Below, piece by piece: positions 39,121 through 51,465 of a stretch of DNA of 64,000 nucleotides. Position 1 is the first letter of the stretch, and the number at the start of each line of letters is the position of its first letter. The DNA comes from Auanema rhodensis (Eukaryota > Animalia > Nematoda). The notes under the pieces were generated by a model. It saw nothing but the letters and a program-made list of their open reading frames with translations. It searched no databases and was not told the origin of the DNA. Location: contig OZ059900.1 in the NCBI GenBank assembly GCA_964057225.1, forward strand, positions 9,300,001-9,364,000. The letters are read 5' to 3'. The position numbers were made by a program, and so were the translations under genes.

Positions 39121-39591
39121 CACTTCGTAATTCAAGAGGATATAAATTGTTTAAGGAACTTGATATGATGCCACCAGCTGGAGTTACCAGCTGGAATGAG
39201 AACATTAGCTGTTTGAACAGAACTACTTATAAGTTCAGCAACCAAGTTTCCATTGACCACGAGGTAAGTTATCGTTATGTATAACTACAATTTCACGAAT
39301 ACTAGGTTTATTGGCATTTGCTGAAGATTGTTATCGGGAATGTTTGTAAATATCACGAATATATATCAAATATTCTGTTTGAAATTTATCCCAAAACATC
39401 TTAGCTGCATTAGACGTAAGTTGTAACGTTTCTAATGCTTGTTCAACATTTTGTTTTACAGAAATATCAATGGTATTATCATAAATTCGAGAACCACAAT
39501 CATTCGGAAGTGAAAGAACGAGACGAGCCGAAATGAAATCAACAGGACGAATAGGTAAATCATATATGTTATTTGAATCTGGATCTGTCAA
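39121..39591 (-). pseudogene. BEL/Pao integrase C-terminal region (DUF5641-like), disrupted
   Basis: PIRPVDF...FWDKFQTEYLIYIR, then LPRGQWKLG (39241-39267) and SLNNLYPLE (about 39132-39158), with a stop and frameshifts. Confidence 0.85.
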
Positions 39592-39609
39592 ATTTATTTA
39601 AAACGAACT

Positions 39610-39724
39610 TCAACTGGCTACAGACGATCTATATCTTGTTGTAATTGTTAATTCTTCAATAAAGAATTCTATCACTGATTATCTGCTCTATCGATCCTCA
39701 GTGGAATACCGACAACCGAATACC
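39610..39724 (+). repeat. Partial second LTR
   Basis: Direct match to 35612-35725; about 10 differences in about 106 aligned nt by eye; both LTR termini are missing. Confidence 0.85.
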
Positions 39725-41216
39725 GTGCAAGACCGGATCAACCCGTAAGATGGAGCTAGCGAGCAATACAATTTCATGAAGAAACAGTAATTGTGAATTT
39801 TAGACTGAAACAGACAAATAAGCCAAACAATAGCGATCACACTATATTTAACTTTAATTAAGCATTATTTCTTGCTAATTTTATCTCTGTCAATCTCTTA
39901 GCAAAGTTTGTTGTAAATTGTAACCTGACTGGCTGCATTGGGTTTTTCAATTTTTCTCATTTTTCAATGTAAACTGAAATTTTTTCCAATATAATCTTTC
40001 TATTTAAATAATCATTTCTGTTGTCCCGAGTGACCAAACAGTTACAACTCTGAATAAACCATACAGCACTAGTAATCCAATTAATCTTCAATATGGGTTG
40101 AATTCGAACATTACTGTAAGTAAGAGCCATTGTCGAATCTGTACTCTACTCTCAGTTATCGTGTTGACTTATAATGTCTTTTACATTAAGCCGAAACAAC
40201 AAATAAGCTTGAAAAGTATTGTTAAAATCAAAAAAAGATACTCAAACTGTTTGTACAAACTTTTTTCAATTGATTCTACGCTTTCATGACATCACGGAAT
40301 TAATTCCAGTGAAAAGTGTTATTGACAGAGATAGTTTTGTATTTTTTTTTCAGAATCAATATGAAGAATGAACGATTATGATCATGTAAAAAATAAGAAG
40401 AATAGGATTACGGTAGTTATTCTTTATTTTATTTCTTAACATTCGCTCTATTGATAATTTTAAATATTTCTCGTTAATTGAAGGTTATCACATAAACTGT
40501 TTTTTTCATAATGAGCGTTGTTAAAAGTTTCAGGAATTTCCATTCATCATGAGAAAGATTTTTTTTCCATTTATATACGGTTTGTGATTATTGTTCCAAT
40601 AAATAACATAATAGTGCCTGATTTCGTAGTGTTTCTTTTTTTTTCTTTAATTTTTCCAATAGGAAAGATTGGAAACCTCAGATTTTATATTTGAAATAGC
40701 TTTTTCTACATCTAGCTTGCCAGAAAATTGTTCTCAAATTCATAGAATTACTTGGTGCATCAAACATATACATCTGAGTGGAGAGATAAGTCGCTTAAGA
40801 TTATTAAAGTTAGATAATACTGACGCAGTTTACAGGTAAAGGTTAATAAACTACTTTTATTTATCAAAAACGGCATTTTAGGAGATAGAAGCAATCATGG
40901 GTTATGATCCTAATAGTAACTTGAAAGTGCTTTATTTACTTATCTGACAAGTACTGTATTCAAGAATGAGGATTCTCAATAGTTCAATTTCTAATATATA
41001 TATAACAAACAACAGAGTTACGGTAATTATTAAATAATTATTTAATTGAACTCTGCTCTATTGTTAAATTTAAATATTTCTCGTCACGAATATTGTAAAC
41101 ATCTTACTAATTTCATCATTCATTTTATTGATTAAAATTTTTTTGTACTTTAATCGTAATGTGTTGGTAATGTGTACATTTTAGTTTTATTATCTTTAGC
41201 AACGGGAATATTGAAG

Positions 41217-42305
41217 ATGGAGGAAAAGGACTATCATTTGAATCCACGTGTTAGATTTCTTGGAAAAGAACTCAAGCACATGGCGAATGATCTTCTTACC
41301 CGTAAAAGAGAATTGGATTGTCTTAATTATAAGATTGAGCAGCATAATGCAAATTATTTTTGGGCCAAACAGGAGTTTGTGTTTTATATGAAAGAAGTCA
41401 ATCATGGAGATACTTGCGATAATACTGAGAGAATCGAACCATTCAGCTTTTCAAGTGGTTATGAAGATATTGTGAATGAAATGGATGATTTGTGTGGTGA
41501 ACTGTTGGATACCATGGACACACTTTATGATTCCTTGAGCGCGAGAATACTTGATATAGAAAGACTTGGCCCAGTTTTGAAATATGTTGCCAACGAACAG
41601 AAGAAGACGATTCTCACTTGCAATCATCTCAATGATTTGATGTTTAGCCGCTGTAACGAGAAAGTGAGAACCATATTTTGGTTAATTATTTTGGTTAAAT
41701 GGTTTTTAGAAGTATCTTGAGGATCCAACGAGTAAAATCACTAACCACCAAATTATAAGTTTGATTCAACACGTGGTGAACATTTCTTGTCATTCTCGTG
41801 TATATTATTTAGTTTCAGACTGCATTCGGACATTGGATAATGCCAGGAGCTCCATTGACCTTAGTTAAAGTGGTGGTAAACATGTCTTTAATTATAAATC
41901 TGGAAAACATTTTTTTCAGTCTCTCTTACGGGAACAAAAGGAAGTACCAATTAAGGATATTAGTCCTACAGCCTTCTATCATGTTAGGAACTATGTAAGA
42001 TACTCCATTATTTTTATTTTTTCAATATTTGTTGTATCAGATCAACACAAAGCTCACGTCTAATCCTGTTAAAATTCAAAAAATAGCTTATCCTTATGTT
42101 AATACCGGAAATGTATCTTATACAGTTGATGATATGAAATATATATATGATATGGTTAGTTTGATTTTTATTTTATTAAGATGATTAGAGTATTCAGGTG
42201 AGAAGGGACAGAGATGTACCAGCGCACCAGCCATTTGGAGTTCAACCTTTTCCAGCTGTTCTCAACCTTTTTGATAATTCAGAAGAAACTATAAATAATG
42301 AGTAA
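41217..42305 (+). CDS. Six-exon gene, 288-aa protein of unknown function (helical N-terminal half)
   Basis: Exons 41217-41663, 41710-41775, 41819-41875, 41920-41994, 42041-42154 and 42198-42305. Five GT-AG introns of 46, 43, 44, 46 and 43 nt splice to one open frame. Start codon uncertain. Confidence 0.85.
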
Positions 42306-43021
42306 AACTCCCAAAAATGTAAAGAAGGTTAAAGCCTTCTTGACCAAATTTTTTCACACAAAACCTACAGTAGTTTTCAAAAAAGAAATAAAAAAGTTGG
42401 TTAAGAATGATCAGAAAGCTTCGGAAAATAAATGATATTATTTTTATAAGTTTCTGGAAACACTTTGAAATTATGAAATGAATGCATGTGGGCGCCAGGA
42501 GGACCAAAAAATTTTTTAAAATATATATTTTTAATATATATGCTTATCCGCCAGCAACATAGTTTCTCGATTTTTTGGTGAGCTGAATGAATGTTAAGTA
42601 TATGAAATGAAGTTTTATTCTGAACACGATTTTCATTTTGAGAATATGTATTAACTATATATATATATAATAAGAAATTATTTATTAAGAAAATAGACTA
42701 TTGAGAAATTACTGAGCATCATATGTATTTACTTTATACTAGAACGTAAAATCCAAGTTTGGTAAATACAAATTTATTATTTTTTAATTTAAAAAGACTA
42801 AGAGGAACTGTACTATCGCGAGAAGGCGTGTTTAAATATTCTTTGTTGAACTTAAAAGTTGAAGAAAAACTACAACTCTTGTTAGAGAAATACAAGAAGA
42901 CAAAGAAAAACAAATAAATAATCGATTAGAGAATCAATTGCTCTAAGAATATTTATAGTTTATCATATATGTAGTATGAATTATCTTATTATATATTTTA
43001 TATTTTATAGTTAATTCATAT

Positions 43022-43094
43022 AACATCTTAGTATAATGGTTGTATATCAGTTATAGTAAGGTGCACTTGAAGGTTCAAATCCTACAGTGATATC
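43022..43094 (+). other. tRNA-like A/B-box motif 1 (mirrored at about 45647-45719, minus strand)
   Basis: TAGTATAATGGT (43029) and GGTTCAAATCC (43072) at tRNA spacing; partial T-arm; no proper acceptor or anticodon stem. Confidence 0.5.
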
Positions 43095-43349
43095 AAAGAA
43101 AATATAAAATATCTCTCTCTCTCTCTAATATATAAATCTCTCTCTCTTTCTCTCTCTCTAAAATAGATGAATCTCTCTATAATCAGACACTTGGCCAAGT
43201 TACTACAGGAGAAACTTAAAGCTGCACTAATCATAATCATAAGCAAATTCTGAAACTCGTCTTACCCTCGACTCCATTGTTTCGAAAAGTTTTGGATTTC
43301 AAATACTCTTGTCGACCTTCTTATTTGCGATTAAAACATTAATATTATA

Positions 43350-43421
43350 AGCCAAATGGTCGAGTGGTCTGTATGGTAAACGCTTACAAGCCACTGTAAA
43401 GGTACGATCCCTTTCTGCGTT
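43350..43421 (+). other. tRNA-like A/B-box motif 2 (mirrored at about 45320-45391, minus strand)
   Basis: TGGTCGAGTGGT (43357) and AAAGG-TACGATC-CCTTT, a perfect 5-bp T-stem with a 7-nt loop, at tRNA spacing; not a complete cloverleaf. Confidence 0.5.
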
Positions 43422-46400
43422 TTTTATGAAAATCAATACCAAATCGAAAATCCAAAAAACGCTCCGATGGATTTGGACCTCAAAAAAGCCATTTTTTTGA
43501 AATTCCAAAGTTAATAACTCTGTTCTAATTTAATTTTCTCAAAAATGTATTATAACATCGTGTAGCTCAGCAATGGGCCCTCCTTTTCACAAAAATTCAA
43601 AGCTGTATCTCACCTCACTCAGTAGTTATTCTTCTTCAAAACGAACACAAATATTCAAAAACTTGACTTTAAAGGCCGTTATCTCCTTTCTCCTTCAAGT
43701 TATTGAAAATTTCTAAACGGATTCTAAACCTACTCAACAATATCTATCAGATGAACTACTTATATGGAAGTTTGAAGCACTTTGAATTTTTAAAAAATCA
43801 GGAATTTAGCCATTTTTCAGTTTGAGAAATAAAAAATTTGCATTTTCATTGTTTTGAGTGATGCATCTGAAGCGCATTGGAACGCTGTTTCCAAATATGA
43901 AAATCTCAGCTACCAATTTTTACTCTGAAAAGAGTTACGGGGCTTTAAACGTTCTGACGTCAAACATTCAGAAGGCTATTTCTCCTTTCCGACAGCGTTT
44001 TAGAGACTCGTAAGTATCAGAATCGTTTTTTACGCCATTGATTAACCTTATGTAATCAGTTTCAAAACGTTTCCTCAAAAATTTTTTTTCGATCAAATTG
44101 TCTGATTCCATGTACTCCCCCCTTACCTACTTTTCGACCAAAACTGCCCATCACTCAAAAAATATTTTCAGAATAAATCGATAATTATATGATATAATTA
44201 GAATCAAAATGATGTTTAAGAGAAAGAATAACATGAATATTCATCTTTAAACTGTTGTATTCCTCAGTTGCATCATGGTAACTTTGATTCTATAGGAATT
44301 ACATGGCATGGTTGTATCCACATGAATCAAACACATTCTCAAACTTTTTCTGAAGAGTTCTTAGTGTTAATCATAGTTCGTCATGAAGTATTTACTTCTC
44401 TCATGTACTGTTTGACGAAAGTCTCGGAAATCCTGGTTAAAACCTAATAGAATCTAAGTTACCATGATACGACTGCCGAAAGAGTTTGAAGATGAATATT
44501 CATGTGGATCCAACCACTCCATGTAATTCATTTTGATTCTAATTATATCATATAATTATCGATTTAATTGAAAATATTTTTTGAGTGATGGCCAATTTCG
44601 GTCAAAAAGTAAGTAAGGGGGGAGTACATGGAATCAGACAATTTGATCGAAATTTGAAAATATTGAGGAAACGCTTTGAAACTGATTACATAAGGTCAAT
44701 CAATGGCGTAGAAATTGATTCTGATACTTACGAGTCTCTAAAACGCTGTTGGAAAGGAGATATAGCCTTCTGAATGTTTGACGTCAGAACGTTTAAAGCC
44801 CCGTAACTCTTTTCAGAGTGAAAATTGGTAGCTGAGATTTTCATATTTGGAATCAGCGTTTCAATGCGCTTCAGATGCATCACTCAAAACAAAGAAAATG
44901 CAAATTTTTTATTTCTCAAACTGAAAAATGGCTAAATTCTTGATTTTTCAAAATTTCAAAGTGCTTCAAACTTTCATATAAGTAGTTTATCTGATAGATA
45001 TTGTTGAGTAGGTTTAGAATCCGTTTAGAAATTTTCGATAACTTGAAGGAGAAAGGAGATAACGGCCTTTAAAGTCAAGTTTTTGAATATTTGTGTTCGT
45101 TTTGAAGAAGAATAACTACTGAGTGAGGTGAGATACAGCTTTGAATTTTTGTGAAAAGAGGGGCCTTTTGCTGGGCTACAAGATAATATAATAAATTTAG
45201 AAGAAAATTGAGTTTGAAGAGAGTTATAAGCTTTGGAATGTCAAAAAAATGGCTTTTTTAAGGTCGAAATCCATCGGAACGTTTTTTGGATTTTCGATTT
45301 GGTATTGATTTTCATAAAAAACGCAGAAAGGGATCGTACCTTTACAGTGGCTTGTAAGCGTTTACCATACAGACCACTCGACCATTTGGCTTATAATATT
45401 AATGTTTTAATCGCAAATAAGAAGGTGGACAAGAGTATTTGAAATCCAAAACTTTTCGAAACAATGGAGTCGGGGGTAAGACGAGTTTCAGAATTTGCTT
45501 ATGATTATGATTAGTGCAGCTTTAAGTTTTTCCTGTAGTAACTTGGCCAAGTGTCTGATTATAGAGAGATTCATCTACTTTAGAGAGAGAGAAAGAGAGA
45601 GAGATTTATATATTAGAGAGAGAGAGAGATATTTTATATTTTTTTTGATATCACTGTAGGATTTGAACCTTCAAGTGCACCTTACTATAACTGATATACA
45701 ACCATTATACTAAGATGTTATATGAATTAACTATAAAATATAAAATATATAATAAGATAATTCATACTACATATATGATAAACTATAAATATTCTTAGAG
45801 CAATTGATTCTCTAATCGATTATTTATTTGTTTTTCTTTGTCTTCTTGTATTTCTCCAACCAAAGATATCCAAGCGAACTTTTATCAGTGAAGGCTCACT
45901 AGGTTTTTGATTCATTGAAACATGGCTCTTATTTCTTAAACTTGTATATTCTGTCTTAACGGAGAAGAGACTTGCGAACCAATTTCGGAGCAAATCAAGA
46001 GATGTTCATAAGCTATTCGACTTGTAATCTAATAGGATATATAGGGGCTTCCTGTTTATTTGAATCTGAAATATCTTTTTATATAAAAAGCATAGTTTCG
46101 CCTGTTTTTTGATTCACCTTTTTGTTTTCTACTGAAAATTAAAGTTCAAAAATGAACAATAATACTAAATCTTCAAATTTGAAAAGGGAAAGATTTTCTG
46201 GCATTATTGTTGTGTTCACTGTATGCTGAAATTGAAATTTCATAGTTGTTTCGTGAATTGTTGATTTTGTTAGAATACTGTTGTATGTTTAGCAATATTC
46301 TTAGTACTTCTTGGTGTTATCTAATAATACAATTTAACCAATTACATACAAATTCATTACATATACATGTGAATTATATATATATATATATATATAGTAT

Positions 46401-49111
46401 ATATGATATAATTTTATAAAATCAATAGCAATGATGAGTACAGCAAGATAAAAATGAAGATAAGGTGAAAGTTTATTGATACAATCAATTTCGTATTTTA
46501 AAAAAATGGGAACTGCCCTATTTATGTGATAATCATAACCGCTAAAATTGACAATTAAAATAATTAATTTTGTTTAATAATTGTCAATATCTGTAATGAT
46601 TACTTCATAAATATAACAGAATAGGTGATTAGGTATAGTCTCGGACTCAATATTTGGAAAAGAATAGGGATTAGAGGCAAATAACAGTAATAGTGAGTTC
46701 TTTAATGTATATTAAAATGTGTTTTTTTAAAATACTCGAATAAATGAATGAGAAATGAATAAGAAAACAAATGATAATGCTAACCGATAATCTAGAAAAT
46801 CGTTACAAACATAATAAATGGTAAGATAATGATAGATTAAAGAAACAATATAACTTTACATGGATTAAGTTTTCAAGAACATGTCAAAATTGAATAACAA
46901 GATTTTGAAAAAGAAACTCACATGTTACGAAACAATAAACTATAATTACTTCAAAGATTGAACTTGCTTTGTTATTAGAAGAATATTGAAATGAGATAAT
47001 TTTTTGCTTCATATTTACAGCACAGGTGTAACCATATTGCTGAAAGGATAGGTAGCGCTTTGCTTGATAAACGCAAAGTTGACTCTAGCTCATACTACTG
47101 TAATGAAAGCTTCTGATGGTATTTTCAGAGATAACCAGAAGAGATGGAATAGTAGAAAAGCTAGCGACAAGTTAATTTAGAGAATATTTCAGAGAATAGA
47201 AAGATTAGTTGATATCAAAAGACAAGAGATTTGAAGAAACTATAGGCGTGACTACACGATATTGCTTTCGCATTGGAAACAAAAATATTTTTTTTGGAAT
47301 TTTGAACGGCCTCAAGTGGAAAGAAAAAGCAAACATGTTGGGGAAAATTAGAAAGAGGAGTTTAGGCCTGATAATCATTGAAGATAATAACGTGAGTGGC
47401 ATTTTTCGCGCAATGTTTTGATGAATACAAACAAAACAATATGTATTAAAGTTACATCAACGAAGTAACTATAAGCGAAAAATGATTTTAAAGTTGAAAA
47501 AAAAACAAAAAAATTAAATTTAAATTCATATCGATTGAGCAAATCAAGAACATTTCTTTTCAGACTTAGTTGGTATGGTTGTTTTTTACTGGGAGAGTAC
47601 AAACTTGACTATTGAAGAAGCTCGTTATTAGGTTCAGCACAATGTAGCACATTAACTGCAGAATCACAATGAAATTTGGCTGAAAAAAACACTAATTGAA
47701 GAAGTTTTTTCAGCTCAAATTTATGACTATGGATTTCAGGGGGAGAGAGGACTGGGTCTTTAATTTTTTTCCTGATTATCAGAAAAACCGGGCAAATAAT
47801 GATATTTTAGTGACTTGAAAAGTTGGAAAAAAGAACATTCAGCCACAATACCAGTTATTAGAATTCCGTCAAAACGCTGAGATTGTTTACTTTTTGTTAA
47901 TTTGCAAAAAAGCGTGGTAAACATGTACGGAGGTAGGGGAAAGGCATTAAATTTTTGAAAAAGGACAACCGAAAGGAATAAAAAATTGTACAAGAGTACC
48001 TGCGTGGAATTAAATATGACCACATCAATCAATTTGTGTGCAAAAATAGGAATCGGATATATTTAAATTAATAAAATGACTCTTTATCAAACTATTTTTT
48101 TGCTAAACTACGTCTATATTTTATTAAATAATGAGTCAAATGATAGAAATATGCAAGATTGCAATGTTAATACGTGAGCAGAAAAACTAATGTGAGAATG
48201 AAAAAAAGAAAAATGTGATTTCGACCAGCATTGGCATCACAGTTATGTAGTACGTAGTGCACATACAGAAAAGGGTTGTATAGTTTGAGCTTGCAGCTGA
48301 TCCCGGAATTGAGCTCTGTGTCTTTTTTTCACTCTCACAATGTAAATTATTCAGCTCAGAAAATAAGATAAACAAATGGCAGTTCTTGTTACCATGAGAT
48401 ATCAGTTAGAGAATTTTAGGTAACATTCTGATAGTAAAATTAAACTTTGAAAATTAAAAATTTAAAAAAAGAACTTTTAGATTAGTATATGAAGTTTGTA
48501 TGAGATAGTCTGAGCGTTTTAGATGCGGACTAGGTAAAAGAGAAAGAGAGAGAGAAAATGACAAGCCTTCTTCCAACTATGATGACATTTGCGGAATTAA
48601 GAAATATACTTGGTTTTTGTATTAATAGGGTGAATGGCACAATGAATAATAAAACAAGAGTGCAAAAACGTTTTGATATTATATTCAGGATGTAGAATAA
48701 AATATCTAGAATATTCTCGTTGTTTATGGATACGGGATGAGAGAAAGAAAGAAACTGCAGGATTTGAATATTTTGAAAGTAGTTAATAGTCAGTCTATTA
48801 AGCGGATTCGTTCAGGCAAGAAATGGACAAAATCGTTCTGCTGGTAAAGTTCAATGGAGACCAAACTGTTTTGTTTACTCTTAAACAGTACAAAGTAAAA
48901 GGAGTAGGAAAGAAGTTCGTGAAATTTAGGAAAGAATAGGCATTTTAAACTGTGTGTGGCAATACACGTATATTGTCCATGTTCTACATGTCTGATTAAA
49001 CCGTCAACTAGACGTGACAGAAGGTTTTTTCTTTTGAGAATATTACTGATTATATTATTAAAGAAGAGAATCTGACATTGAATGGTCAGTGTGCGTTTTT
49101 AAGAGTACTGT

Positions 49112-51465
49112 TTAAACAGCCATTGTAGACAAAGCATTAGTAAGAGAGTCAGTATCAGAAGCAGCAGTGCTCTCATTCTCACTTGATTTGCATTCATCCT
49201 GAAAAATATTTATTAGAAAACCTTCACTCGTTTATGATTCTTTTTCAAAAAATGATATGAATGTGACATACTTCAGTAGTAGTTCCGCCATAATTACTCT
49301 CGTCGTCATAGCTACTTGCTGGTTGATCCTCAGAAACAAGAGTTTCGTCGGACGCAGTAGTTCTTGGACGACGCCAATACGTTTGCTGATATGAAGGGAA
49401 TGGCTGAAATATGCGATGTACTTCAGTTGCGATACGAAACGTGCAGTGCAAATCAGATCAGTGGATATAAACAACGCATAGTAATGAGCAAAAATGTTAG
49501 GTGAGTATAGTTTGAAATATATCAACATATATGGTATGTGGGCAACTATTTTTTGAAATTTCATGTGATCTGGATCCGTTTATACAAAGTTTTCATATGC
49601 GATTTTGAGAATGAACGGAAACAGACACAGGGACATAGAAAGGCTTCTTTTTTTCAATTTCATAACAAACAACAACGACAAATTAATTTGAGACATATCC
49701 AAAATAGTTTTGATTAATCTTGACTTAATTTGAACTAAACATAAAGCTTTAAATAAACTCCAATAACGTAACAACAAAAAGCAATTTTTGAAAAACAACA
49801 AAAGTTGAAAGCTGATATAAGCTCGTGGGTGGTTAATATTGATTTGGTGTGAACATGCATTGAAGTTTTGATTATCATTGTACAAAGGAAGTTTGACCTA
49901 TAGTAGCACGAGGTTTACAACTTACTCGAACATCAACGCGTCTCTCATTAATAGAATGCCGACCAGTGTTGTGAGCCAGACACTTGTCCGCGCCAGCTTT
50001 ATCCTCGTAGATTACGAATCCAAGACCGCGAGGATTTCCAAGAATCTCAATCTGATCCAAAGAGCCGAATTTCTCAAAATAACGGCGCAATGTCTCGACT
50101 GAATGGTAATCCCAATGAATGCCTTCAAAAGATAAGTATATGATACTAAAGCGTTGTCGATTGACTTGCCTGAAAGCATTAATTTACAGCCTGGAGCAGG
50201 TTCCACATCAAAAAAGGATGGAGGGAAGTTTGGTGTCATTTGCTCACGAGGAATTGCTCGCTTGGAATCAACCTGAAAAAAAGAACCGTTATCAATTGTA
50301 GGAAATTAGTTAGATATTGTAATAAGCAAATACAATAGTACGACCTCCACCCCTTCCCCTTTCACATAGACATTGAATGTCTATTGTCTTATCAAAGAGG
50401 TTAATGGAGACACCTCTTATCAGTTCAGTCATTTATAGAACTAAAGAATAGCAAATAATTAGGTCGAATGATAGTCAAGCAAATAACATGACATCAAATC
50501 AAAAGAAGAAGCTGATAGTGTTTGTTTAGTGCACCTTTAACTTTGGAATATTATTTGATTACTTGGATGAGATCAAGAGAATAGAAATAAAGCTAAAGAT
50601 TGTTCTCATCTTCACTTTTTGATTACATTTTTTTTATTTTATAAAGTAGAAATAAAACTCACAGTTTTGCCACCAATAATATGTGGTCTGTCCAACATGG
50701 CGTTTTCAGCGCTAGCTATCGTTGCAAAAGTAACGAAGCCAAAGCCGCGAGATTGCTTGCTATTAGGATCCCGAATAACGATGGCATCCACAACTGGACC
50801 CCATTGAGAGAAGTAGAGACGAAGCTATAACAATTCTTTGTCTTTGAAATGGAGAAAGAAAGTAAGCATGAAATAGAAAAGAATTCCCTAGGGTCTGTGA
50901 TGACACATGTCATAATTTGGCTTTTTTCATTTCATTTTCGGCAAAAAAAAAATAAAAGCATTGCAAAGTAATAAAAATATATATGTATCTGGTCTGTGAA
51001 CTAATTTCCAGTTTTTAATAAATGAACTGGTTTTTAACAGAGATTAGCGAAAAGATTAAAAAAAACTTACAGCTTCATCATTGGTATCGTGGCTCAATCC
51101 TCCAATGAATAGCTTTCTCATTTGAGGCGGGCCTTCCGATCCGGCATGATGAAGTCCCTATAACATATATAGATGAGAAGACATAACTAAAATCATAAGG
51201 CTTCTTCAATAATCTTATAACACAAATTAAAATTTTTATTCCAATTGTCTCCTCTTTTCGAAATATTTTCGAATATTATTTTGGTTTTTCTATAAATCTT
51301 CGTCATGTTGCTTGACAAGGACTTGAGAAATCGAAAATACTTCAGAAATTCTAAAAAACATCAACTTGCCCTCAGAGTCATAGGAGGAAGAAGAGGAAAA
51401 CCAAACTGAACAGGGCAAGGAAAGCGTCTTTGCATACGATCACCGGGAACAATTGGGATAAACAT
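49112..51465 (-). CDS. hnRNP A/B (Musashi-like) double-RRM RNA-binding protein
   Basis: Exons 51465-51370 (tentative), 51157-51071, 50824-50663, 50272-50170, 50122-49926, 49403-49272 and 49198-49112. RKLFIGGLS (RNP2), SRGFGFVTF (RNP1), second RRM PRGLGFVIY. Resembles C. elegans H28G03.1 from memory. Confidence 0.9.

Larger units (their letters stand above)
35445..39724 (+). mobile_element. Rearranged, defective BEL/Pao (Belpaoviridae) LTR retrotransposon with env remnant
   Basis: 5' LTR, PBS, gag with three zinc knuckles, protease-like domain, then integrase C-terminus and env on the opposite strand, then a partial LTR. No RT, RNase H or integrase core seen. Confidence 0.92.
42881..45860. 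mobile_element. About 3-kb palindrome (foldback or non-autonomous DNA transposon-like)
   Basis: 42881 to about 44211 is the reverse complement of about 44528-45860; degenerate pairing continues to a loop of about 145 bp near 44300-44440. Mirror ORFs 43299-43508(-) and 45233-45442(+). No transposase and no clear TSD. Confidence 0.85.

Noticed and set aside
39860-40120. Minus-strand QPVRLQF, reminiscent of a Helitron/PIF1 helicase motif
   Set aside because: Too short and degenerate; no other helicase motifs or Helitron ends seen.
43022-43421. Functional tRNA genes
   Set aside because: Acceptor and anticodon stems do not pair; kept only as tRNA-like promoter motifs.
43299-45442. Twin 69-aa ORFs on opposite strands
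   Set aside because: Consequence of the palindrome; non-ATG starts and no coding features.
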